From Haliotis cracherodii (taxonomy: Eukaryota), in the NCBI RefSeq assembly GCF_022045235.1, contig NW_027266264.1, positions 80,476,001 through 80,540,000 of the forward strand: 64,000 nt of DNA. The letters are read 5' to 3'. Of the stretch, positions 35,310-46,872 are shown one piece after another. The translations under genes were made by a program, and so were the position numbers. The notes beneath the pieces were generated by a model. The model worked only from the letters and a program-made list of their open reading frames with translations, was not told the DNA's origin and made no database searches. The stretch's first letter is position 1, and every line of letters begins with the position of its first letter.

Positions 35310-36260
35310 TGTTGTACACGTGTTGTAAATGACGTTACATGTACACATGTTTTAAATGACGTTACCCGTACCTGTACACGTTTTGAAAATGACGTTGCAT
35401 GTACCTGTGCACGTGTTGTAAAAGACGTTACCCGTACCTGTACACGTGTTGAAAATGACGTTGCATGTACCTATGCACGTGTTGTAAATGACGTTACCTG
35501 TACACGTGTTGAAAATGACGTTGCATGTACCTGTGCACATGTAAAAGACGTTACCTGTACCTTTGCACGTGTTGTAAATGACGTTACATGTACCTGTCCA
35601 CGTACTGTAAATGACGTTACATATACCTGTACACGTGTTTTAAATGACGTTACCTGTACACGTGTTGAAAATGACGTTGCATGTACCTGTGCACACGTAA
35701 AATACGTTACCTACCTGTGTACGTGTTGTAAATGACGTTACATGTACCTGTACACGTGTTTTAAATGACGTTACATGTACCTGTACACGTGTTTTAAATG
35801 ACGTTACCTGTATCTGTACACGTGTTGAAAATGACGTTGCATGTACCTGTGCACGTGTTATATTGACGCTACCTGTACCTTTGCACGTTTTAAATGACGT
35901 TACCCGTACACGTGTTGAAATTGACGTTGCATGTACCTGTGCACCTGTTGTAAAAGACGTTACCTGTACCTGTGCACCCCTTGTAAATGACGTTACATGT
36001 CCCTGTGCACGTGTTTTAAATGCCGTTACCTGTACATGTACACGTGTTTTAAATGGCGTTGAATGTAACTGTGTACGTGTTGTAAATGACGTTATATGTA
36101 CCTGTACGCGTGTTTTAAATGGCGTTGAATGTAACTGTGCACGTGTTGTAAATGACGTTACATGTCCCTGTGTACGTGTTGTAAATGACGTTATATGTAC
36201 CTGTACGCGTGTTTTAAATGGCGTTGAATGTAACTGTGCACGTCTTGTAAATGACGTCAT
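35310..36260. repeat. ~33-bp minisatellite (27-33 bp variants)
   Basis: TGTACACGTGTTGTAAATGACGTTACATGTACC. Confidence 0.9.
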
Positions 36261-36747
36261 GGTCAGTTAAGATGAGAACTCGCCAAAAAATGCACTGCGA
36301 TAACGCCTGGCACGGATATTATATAAAAACATATTTACATTCCATACATTTTTCGATGTTACTATTATTTAACTCCTTTTAAAGCCAGCTCGCTATACAA
36401 CCAGATTTACTTGCGTCCATTAACGATCAAACCCATTGTGCTGCTATCACCTCACACTACACCCTGTTACGTATCCTGGTGTAACTAACCCTCAATCCAT
36501 GAATAGTTGTAAATCGCACTCATGTTGTAAGTAGTAAATCCGCTTTACGTCTTATATCACACGTCACTGGAGTATTCCCCTGTACTATTCTCTAGCCTAG
36601 AAACACTAGATTTATTGCTCATTTAGATAGGATTGAAGAGTGATCAATAGCCAGGTCTCTGTATGTGTTATTATGTCGTCACCTGCATGTACCCGCATGT
36701 TGCTCTGACCGTTCTTCATACCCGTATCCGATTCACATACCTAAGTA

Positions 36748-36992
36748 AGAGCAACACTATTTCAATAAGGGAATTGCATAGCAACACTATTTGAATCAGA
36801 GAATTGCAAAGCAACATTATTTAAACAAGGGAATTGCAAAGCAACACTATTTAAATAAGGGAATTGCATACCAACACTGTATATAAATAAGGGAAATGCA
36901 TAGCAACACTGTATATAAAGAAGGGAATTACATAGCAACACTGTAAATAAAGAAGGAAATTGCATAGCCACGCTGTATATACATAAGGGAAT
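36748..36992. repeat. 30-32-bp minisatellite
   Basis: GCAACACTATTTAAATAAGGGAATTGCATA, about 8 copies. Confidence 0.85.
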
Positions 36993-38255
36993 TGGGAAAG
37001 TTACTGACAAAATCACGCACCAAATACTTCTCAGTAAGAAAACCATTTGTTCCTATGACTTCCGTTGATCGTGGGGTTCGAATCCCAGATCAGCCCCAAC
37101 ATGGACCCTTGGTCACTATGTCCGTACTCGTGTGATACACCAAGTGGTAATCATGCACCACTTTGGTCTTCCCTCCCCATTGAATCTTTCACTTCGTGAC
37201 AAAACAAAATACGGCTTAAAGCACCTCCCTCCCTCACCCCATCCCTCACTTGGGGACAGAGCTTCGGGTCATTGACAGTCCTGAAATGCTTTCGCATGTT
37301 TCACACGTGTCACCGCTGACAATGTCTAGGTCGAGGGTTGGCACTGGAAGCATACGCTGGAGCTGAACCCCCCTTTAAGGGTACAGTGGATCCGGACTCA
37401 TTTACCCCATGTGATTACAACGCGGCATATAATGTGCAATTCGTGCAAAGGATGTACCTATCCCCGGTTCGTATCGATATGGCTGAAACACTGCCGATGT
37501 GACTATATTTACCTCACTCACTATCTACAATGCTCCTTTGAATGTTTATATACTACTCAAAAGAAGATTAAAAACACACGGTTCTTTCATATCGCAATGG
37601 CATGACGGGTCAACTATAGTAATATGAAAAAATGGGTGTTCTTTAACTTCTTTTGTGTAGCTGTAGTATATTCATTTGTAAGACTGACTCTCTACTTACC
37701 AGACAGCACGTCACGAAAGTCACCCTGTTTAGACCGTGGTTGACAGTGCACACAGTCTATGTGGACAAATATATTTACATGGCTGTGTTGACATAGCAGT
37801 TATCTAACAATCGCTGAAGCCAAGCCAACATTGTCTTACTTTCCGTATTTGTTTTCTGTACGGCTGTCACTTAGAAAGCGATTATTTACAAGCACCTGTT
37901 GATCACATAGCAGGGTTGGTGCGTTTAGACCTGGGCAAAAGTGTTGACATTTTGATTGATATTGATGTATTCACAGCCTTGTCTGAACACTCAGATTAAA
38001 CTCGTCCATTGACAGGCAAGCTAAGCTTCTTGTAAGATCGTGCACGTATTGTTTACTGATATTTCCTGAAGATGGCAGTCGGTTTCTTACATGCACTGAG
38101 ATTTTGTAAATAAGGAAAGACACGGACTGCAATCGTTACTGTGAATTTCATCCATGGTCCGATTTGTTGAAGCACCCGTAAAATATTCGTACATCCCACA
38201 GTGACCCATTCGGGTGTCTGCCCACACGCCTCTCTTCCATGGAGAATTCCATCAT

Positions 38256-38645
38256 GTTTGTTTGTTATTTAACGCTGTACTTCACAACATTCCAGCTATA
38301 TGACGGCGGTCTGAAATAATCGAGTGTAAACCAAACAAGCCAGTGATTGACATCATGAGCATCGATCCACGCAATTAGTGAGTGAGTGAGAATGGTCTTT
38401 CGCCGCTTTTAGCAATATTCCAGCAATATCACGGCGGGGGACATCAGAAATTGGCTTCACACATTGTACCCATGGCGGGAATCGAACCCGGGTCTTCGGC
38501 GTGACGAACGAACGCTTTAACCACTTGGCTACCCGACCGCCCCTCCACGCAATTAGGGTACGGTGACATGCATCGACAAGTCAGTGACCCTGACCATCCG
38601 ACCACGTTTGTCGCCTCGTACGACAAGTATGGGTTGCTGAAGGCC
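38256..38645 (-). mobile_element. Family B copy interrupted by a family A SINE (38379-38543)
   Basis: 13-bp TSD TCCACGCAATTAG at 38366-38378 and 38544-38556. Confidence 0.85.
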
Positions 38646-39846
38646 TCTCTTCCAGAGAGAATTCCATCTACATATTATTAATTATTAATACTTAATACAG
38701 AATTTGTAGTAGGGAGCAACCATTGATTTTCAGGGAGGGATGGAAGTTTGGTTTGAGATCATGATTTTTATTACAACATAAACAGGTGATCAGTTATATA
38801 TTTTGTTAAATGAAAAATATAACGAACTGTTTTAGTTGGACGCCTGTCTGAAAAGGGAACATTATATTTTCCCTACAATGCGAGACATATGTAATTTCTT
38901 TTCAGTAACCCCTCCTAAAACGCAATAGTTGCTTCCCTACAGGGATGGTTACAGAAGTGACATGGAAGTACCAGGTGATCATGAATCATTGTCAACACTG
39001 GTTAAAGCCGGGACGAAATACGTTACAAATCCTAACACGTCAAAGGTATGGTGGATATGACAGTGTCCTTGCGGAATCAACGATATTGTTATTCTTAAGG
39101 ACGCTGAAGAGACTCCATGCCAGCTTGCAGTGCAAAAATATTATCTCTATTAACGCTCGAATAATCCCCTTGTAGAAATGAGCGCAACACACATCAAACC
39201 CCCGAGTGACACGGATCATGTTATTTATACATACATGTATTAATTAATGAACAATAAGTAAACAAAACGCTAGCGCGAAGGGGTTTGCTTTTTTCACGAA
39301 ACGACATTTTGAAATGTTGCGATCTTGTAATCAGAGATATCCCCAACCGGAAAGACACATGTTTAATAAATTGATTTCCAAATTAAACAGAAGTTGTGAG
39401 TTCTGTTACCAACAAATAAAATGTGATTTATGTATTTAGACACGTGTTGCTTTTATCATAATTGTTTCTGCATATTCACAATGAATTTTCCATATATGTG
39501 AAATAATCTCTCTGTTTCCATCACTGAAAACAAGCAGAGTAGACACCTGTATTCAATGCTTGAAAGAGCGGACTAAAATGGGGATTGGGTGGTTACAACG
39601 TGTGAGCTGGCTGATTGTTTGTGCCTTAACCCACTGGCCGTTGTTCTTGAGGTCCGGCTCAAAACGAACCTATGCTGACGGTTCAGGTATTTATCACTCG
39701 AGAATGGCGCTATATCCATAAACTGGACAATTGAGGATGTATGACTGCAGACACTTCGAGATAGAGAGAAATCTTTGTACAGCTGTCGACATTCGGCCGG
39801 TGTCTGAAAGCCCTCAAGAAAATGAAGAAAATAAAACCGTTCTCTA

Positions 39847-40015
39847 TGGAATACTGTACGGGACATTCTCGCGATCTCGCAATCCCGCGATCTCGACTTT
39901 TGGAAACGAGATGGTCAAATCTCGCGTTCTCGCGATCTCGCATTCTCAGGTTTTGGGCATATTTAGCTCGTTTCCAAAAAGGCGAGATCGCGAGAATGTC
40001 CCTTACAGTATTCCC
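39847..40015. mobile_element. Palindromic MITE (~170 bp)
   Basis: TIR GGAATACTGTA(C/A)GGGACATTCTCGCGATCTCGC with TA flanks. Confidence 0.75.
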
Positions 40016-40619
40016 TAGTTCTCAAATGCTCTGGCGTCAGTTTATACCTTGGGTAGACACCTTCTACAGTTTTCTTTGAAATCAGTTGTTTGCCAAATGC
40101 GTTCACAGAGTGAATGTGTGGTTCCACGCAGACTTGGTTCTACGCCAACAGATTCAAAGACTGCAGAAAAGTCAAATGAACAGGGAAATTTACACAACCT
40201 TTTGAGAAAAAATATAAATGTCATATGACATGAAACGAATCCCTCAAGCATCTGCTAATGACATTTTAAATGACATTAAAACCAGTTTCTTTTCATTTTA
40301 TACATCGTAGAATTATTGACAGAAGGATTTAGAAGAAATCAGTTGTATTTTTTCAGGAGGGTCGATGACAGGAGTGCAGCGTTGGAGACACGCAGCCAGG
40401 GATATGTTGGGACACGCTCGCTTCACAAGTAAACGATTGTCACACCAACAATATACATGTAGTTTCAGTGTTGAATGAAGCGATCTTAGCGTCACGATGA
40501 CCGGAACTCCCAGGCTTTCGAATAGCTTTACGATAGCCGTAGCACTGAGATCGTTTCGTGGAATGTGGTCTCTGGACCCTCTCCCCTTTATCCTGCCCCC
40601 GCTTGTGACCCCTTCAGTC

Positions 40620-41204
40620 CTACTACCGTCAGCTCCATCTGTCGTCAATCCGTCAGCTCCCTCTGTCGTCATCCTTTCAGCTCCAGCTACAGTCATCACT
40701 TCGGCCCCTACCATCATCACTTCAGCTCCCGTTACCGTCATCACTTCAGCCCTTACCGTCATCCTTTCAGCTCCAGTTACCGTCATCACTTCGGCCCCTA
40801 CCATCATCACTTCAGCTCCCGTTACCGTCATCACTTCAGCCCTTACCGTCATCACTTCAGTTCTAGCTACCGTCATCCTTTCAGCCCCTACCGTCATCCT
40901 TTCAGCTCCAGCTACCGTCATCACTTCAGCATCTACCGTCATAACTTCAGCTCCAGCTACCGTCATCACTTCAGCCCTTACCGTCATCACTTCAGCTCCC
41001 GCTACCGTCATCACCTCAGCCCTTACCGTCATCACTTCAGCCCCTACCGTCATCACTTCAGCCCCTACCGTCATCACCTCAGCTCCGACCGTCATCACTT
41101 CAGCCTCTACCGTCATCACTTCAGCTCCGACCGTCATCACTTCAGCCCCTACCGTCATTACTTCAGCTCAGATCGTCATCACTTCAGCCTCTAACGTCAT
41201 CACT
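40620..41204. repeat. 21/24-bp minisatellite
   Basis: ACCGTCATCACTTCAGCCCCT. Confidence 0.9.
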
Positions 41205-41725
41205 GTCACTGTTACCTTAACATCCTGTAGACAGAGGAGAGTCATTGTTACCCTTAAACCCTGTAGACAGAGGAGAGTCATTGTTACCTTAACACCATGT
41301 AGACAGAGGAGAGTCATTGTAACCCTTACATCCTGTAGACAGAGGAGAGTCATTGTTACCTTAACACCCTGTAGGCAGAGGAGAGTCATTGTTACCTTAA
41401 CACCCTGTAGACAGAGGAGAGTCATTGTTACCCTTTCACCATGTAGACAGAGGAGAGTCACTGTTACCTTAACATCCTGTAGACAGAGGAGAGTCATTGT
41501 TACCTTACATCCTGTAGACAGAGGAGAGTCACTGTTACCTTAACACCCTGTAGACAGAGGAGAGTCAGTGTTACCCTTACACCCTGTAGACAGAGGAAAG
41601 TCATTGTTACCTTAATATCCTGTAGACAGAGGAGAGTCACTGTTACCTTAATATCCTGTAGACAGAGGAGAGTCACTGTTACCTTAACACCCTGTAGACA
41701 GAGGAGAGTCGTTGTTACCTTACAT
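41205..41725. repeat. 36-bp minisatellite, about 14 copies
   Basis: TGTTACCTTAACACCCTGTAGACAGAGGAGAGTCAT. Confidence 0.92.
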
Positions 41726-43124
41726 CTGTTTTACTTTCAAGGCAAACACAGGTCTGGGTGCACAAAGTCAACGTTGCTGGTACTATTTCTTGAGATATTT
41801 CAAAGCTGCCATAGCCGGAAACACAATAAATGTACCAAATATTTGCAATTGAAACTTTAAGTAATTAACAAAGCATTGATTGGGGCGCTCTTTGGTTAGG
41901 AATGGGAACAAACCTGTGAGCCTGACTCACTAGATACTGACTCTGTGAGGACAGCACGGAGATTAGAGAGTTCAGTCTGCAAACAGCACTTTGTAATATG
42001 TGGAGAGTCCCCAGTCAGCTAATTACCAGGTGTTCCTCTCACTGGTGGCGGGCATGCTAAGGGGTGGTATGTTGTAGTTAGGTGGGACTGTTGCTCCATG
42101 TGTGGGGGAGATTAGGGCACTGTAGACGATGTCTGTGACGTGTCACAACAATGCGACGTGGGCAGTGTGGATCTTCGCTGACCACACGAGTAGGTAGATT
42201 AACAGAGGGTCGCATTTGTTTAAGCTGGGAGTGAGGCTGCGCAGAAACACACAAAATTTAATTAACAGAAGGGTGTGATTGTGTTTGTCGTTGTCTGTGT
42301 ACACGGCGCGATCAGACGCCATAATGCCGAAATCGAGCAGGGTACTGAGCTCATGAGGTGAGGAGTGACATGTAACTGTTCCCTGATCAAAGAAAAAGGG
42401 TATCGTTGTGGTCAGCCTGTCTGTGTGCCTATGCACCAGTTATAAGTCCGAATGGGTCAGTGGATGAATTAAAGGGATGAATCGTGGTTTCGAACTCACG
42501 ACTAGCGGATCCTGGCACGCTACTGGACGCAACTCCGTTCTCCGCCTTAGCCTGCTGGACCACCCGCATGTCTAACGTCACAACGAAAGAGTAACAGAGC
42601 TTCGGGACATGCGGCCACACCATTATCTTCTCAGACATAGCATTAGCTACCCGCAGATCAATTATAAGCTTCAGTCAATCGATGTTCTCTTTCCATATAA
42701 AATAGAATATTTGGGTTGTTTGTTTGTTGTTTAACGCCGCACTCAAAGTCAAGAAGTGTCGAGCTGAAATGGATTACTAAAGTGAAACGTATTGTAAGGA
42801 AACCATGGGTTGACTTTTCTCAATGGAAAAAATTCTCAAATCGCGCAAAATATTAACTCGAAGTCCCATTACAGTGGCCATACTCTAGGAGCCAGGATCT
42901 TAACGCTGTTGGAGAATTGTGATATATCTTGTCCAACATTGATCTTGTCTGATCAATCGACACTATGGCTGGGTGGAGTTATCTGTAGATATAGGACTAA
43001 TGTCACTCCGCACCAAATGAGGCCCAGGTGTGGTAATTAGTGGAGTCACCGGGGGCCGCGTCTGTTCACCTGTAGGAACACCTTCAGTTTTTGTGACGAA
43101 TATTTTACATCGGAGACGCACAGG

Positions 43125-43288
43125 AGTGAGTGAGTATGGTTTTACGCCGCTTTTAGCAATATTCCAGCAATATCACGGCGGGAGACACCAGAAATGAGCT
43201 TCACACATTGTATCCATGTCGGGGATTGAACCCGGGTTTTCGGCGTGACGAGCGAACGCTTTAACCATTAGGCTACCCGATCGCCCCC
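43125..43288 (-). mobile_element. SINE family A copy
   Basis: Reverse-complement match to the 44901 copy, including its 5' flank. Confidence 0.85.
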
Positions 43289-43614
43289 TCAGACAACATG
43301 AAAAAGCACAAGTATACAGTAGTATACAAAAATGAGTGTTGACGAGAGTGCCTCGCCTCGTTTGGGGTGATTGGAGTGAACCAAGTTTTACGCCGCTTTG
43401 AACACTATTTTTCATGGCGATCTCGCCGCAACCGGAGTTTGCAGTTGTGAGTGAGTGAAGTGTGTTCTACACCACTTTGAACACCATTTCAGCTAGACGA
43501 CGGCGCGTCTGTAACTCCGCACGAGCTCCGGCACTATAAACCTGTGAGGTACCCAACAAAGTGTTAATAGAATTGCAGCACCTTGCACGACTTGACAATA
43601 CGTGAGCAGCATTG

Positions 43615-43846
43615 ATTGGTTGGTTGGTTTGTTGTTTAACGCCGCACTCAGCAATATTCCAGCTTTATGACGGCGGTCTGTAAATAATCGAGTCTGGACC
43701 CGATAACTCAGTGATTGATATCATCATCATCGATCCACTCAATTGGGATCGAAGACATGCATCAACCAAGTCAGCGAGCCTGACCACCCGATCCCATTAG
43801 TCGCCTCTTAGGACAAGCATAGTCGCCTTTTACAGCAAGCATGGTT
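43615..43846 (-). mobile_element. SINE-like family B copy
   Basis: Reverse-complement match to the family core. Confidence 0.8.
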
Positions 43847-44902
43847 TGCAACTTCATCAAGTTGCGAGCGCATGTTCGAATTTCCAGAAATGACGTCATG
43901 ATAGAACAATGTTTTATCGTGAAATAAACCACGCTTCGTTCTTCACTGCTCTTTGCGATTTATGGCAAAGTGATTTTATATATGTTCATAAATAAATGTG
44001 TGCTGTGTCTAAGACACGAAAAGCTAATCATTAATGCCAAAAATCAGCAAGTGTGTTCATGGACTATTATGGTATTGCGGCAACTGCGGCCCTCAAACTT
44101 ACGAGTCTGCTTTTGTTTATTTTTAGTTGATTGTTTATAAAAATTCATTCTTCGTAAAGTTTGCCAAGATTTGGACTCGGAATAATATGTGTGATTCAGT
44201 ATGCCTTTATGTCATTGTACCCTCAACAAACCTGTGACATTTCTTGACCTTACATGACGTGCATCACACAAGTCCCGGATGCCGCGTCCAGTGCGACCAA
44301 TCTGCACCTGTGGGAGCACAAGGCGACAAAGCGCGGACCTGTGAGAAGACGGCATCACATTCACGTGACACGAGTTCCACGTGCTTGTCACGTCTCATCT
44401 GCCGAGTCATCCAACAGTGCGATACATATCACCCTCTTCCCAAACACAGCAGGGACGTATGATTACACTGTTTAACACAATCCGACAGACTCAGGACGTG
44501 ACCCCCTCCCAACATTTCACATGCCCCTGTCCTTTTCCGATTCGCCATCTTTACTCGGTTCAGAGGTGACACAAAGAAACGACCCCAGATACACGACAAC
44601 GATGTCAGCAAGGTTTGCACCTCAAAGAGCTCATATACCGTCAGACATTACATAACCATCCAACAGCCAGGTCGATATGGTGCATTTCACAGTGTTCTTG
44701 TCGGGAAAATGAACATATATTACGAAATCGAATGCTATACAACAAGTCTTACCTATTTGAAATACTAAACGGTAAATCATAGTGTCTAGTAAAGATTTAT
44801 CGCAAATTTCACATAATTATTAACGAAGTTTATGATCCCATATTCGTCCACCTGGAGGGAAACGAGGCGAGGCACTATTGTGCGCTTTTTCATGTTGTCT
44901 GA

Positions 44903-45070
44903 GGGGGCGGTCGGGTAGCCTAGTGGTTAAAGCGTTCGCTCGTCATGCTGAAGACCCGAGTTCGATTCCCGACATGGGTACAAATGTAAAGCCCATTTCT
45001 GGTGTCCCCCGCCGTGATATTGCTGGAATATTGCTAAAAGCGGCGTAAAACCATACCCACTCACTCACTC
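44903..45070 (+). mobile_element. SINE family A copy
   Basis: A/B boxes, (ACTC)n tail, TSD TGTTGTCTGA. Confidence 0.85.
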
Positions 45071-45506
45071 GTGTTGTCTGATTTCCTTCCGCGGGAAGTA
45101 CATTCGATTACAGGTAAATCTGGAGGATTACAACAAACACCAGATGTCTACAATGCCGCCACCGTCCCGCATGGGGAGTAGGTGCTGTTTCAACTTTGCT
45201 ATTTACCTGCCAGGTAATTGTCCCAATGTCAGGTGTGTTGATTGTCCCGAGAGAATGAAGCTTGTTATTCAGGTACATACATGTACGGTAATGTCAACTC
45301 ACTGGGTCATGACCACATTCGTTGTGAGGTTCATGCCGGCCTTGATACATACCAGTTGAATACAACACGTAACTTATACAGGACTTTGATTGCTGTCTGT
45401 CGTGTGTGAATTTTATAAATTATTATTTCGGTGTTGTAATATGCATTTTGTTATGAACTTAAAAACAATATAAGATAAACACATGTATATACATTACATT
45501 GAACTG

Positions 45507-45776
45507 GACCCGTGAAGATTCCGGTGTAGAATAGGTCTTCAGCAACCCATGCTTGCCGTAAAAGGTGACTATGCTTGTCGTAAAAGGCGACTAACGGGAT
45601 CGGGTGGTCAGGCTCGCTGGCTTGGTTGATACATGTCATCGATCCCAATTGCTTGGATCGATGCTGATGATATTAATCACAGGACTGTCTGGTCCAGACT
45701 CAATTATTTACAGACCGCCTTCACATAGCTGGAATATTGCTGAGTGCGGCGTTAAACAACAAACCAAACCAAACCA
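45507..45776 (+). mobile_element. SINE-like family B copy, full length
   Basis: Flanked by ACATTGAACTG duplication; (AAACC)n tail. Confidence 0.85.
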
Positions 45777-46829
45777 AAAAACATTGAACTGAGTTATACC
45801 AAAAGACATTTAAAGATAGTAGTGCTTGTTATCCTGCATAGCGCTCGAGATTAAGGCATAAAACAAGCACAGGTCGGCTCAGAGTCAGTATGCTGTATCT
45901 GAGTGTTGTATCCATGTTAGATCGCGGCTTGGTATCTTGGTGGGCTAGCACTCTGTAGTCCGGACTAGTACGTGAAGCCATGCACTCACTCACTCACGCA
46001 CGCACGCACACACTGCGGTCTGTGACACGGCGAGCCAGGCCATATAAACAAGAGGTTAACAACATGAACACTAAAGGGTTGTGATGATATAACATCAGAC
46101 AGCACGTGAAACGTTGTATCAGCCCCATCTTCATCAGTCGGCGGAGACGTTTACCGAGGGGAGGACCCCCGAGCACGTGCAGGTTGGCGCAGAACCACCA
46201 GGGATCAAAACTCACGGTCTACAAGCGGATCACTGGAGTACAAAGGGGCACAACTTTGAACAGTGACATTCTGACAAGATGGCCAAGTTGTTCAGTCGGC
46301 AGACGTTTGCTGAACATTCGTAATGGATTAAATCGTTTTGGTTTCTGTCTCATACTTGTCACTGGGTCGTAAAACTATTCTAGTCACGGTCTTGTGACCG
46401 CAACGCTTCAAATTTCCGACGCCGTTCGGCAAAGTCCGGCGGTTGTCGTTGTCCAGTGTCATCTCATTCTTTGTTTGAGACCCCACTATTTCATTCTCTT
46501 GTGATTTACTGGCATACTCTTATCATGTATTGACTTGATATATGTCATCGCATATATGTTTTCTGCCTCATTCTTGTATTGGAAGTGTTTTTGGGACTAT
46601 GATTTTCAATATTAGAGGGATTATCTGGTACTGGAAGATATTTTTATGTATTTATGATCATATGCCTCATCAGTAATTGTATATACCTTGTTTTAAATCT
46701 TTAGTGATACTGTTGGATACCTAATGTTTAGCGCTTTATTTTGGTATTCGCATCTTCCGTGCGGGTATAGTAGTTAGTTTGCTATTCGTGTTTTTCCCAT
46801 GTCAAGAAACACACTTTGGCTGATCTCCC

Positions 46830-46832
46830 CAG

Positions 46833-46871
<39 letters not shown>
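46830..46871. repeat. (ATC)n microsatellite
   Basis: About 13-14 perfect units. Confidence 0.95.

Positions 46872-46872
<1 letters not shown>

Noticed and set aside
40313-41543. Mucin-like 348-aa and 281-aa ORFs
   Set aside because: They start or end within a MITE remnant, run through two unrelated minisatellites and are open in several frames; no signal peptide or supported exon structure.
44200-44640. GC-richer segment with overlapping short ORFs
   Set aside because: No recognisable protein motif or consistent splice-site pair.
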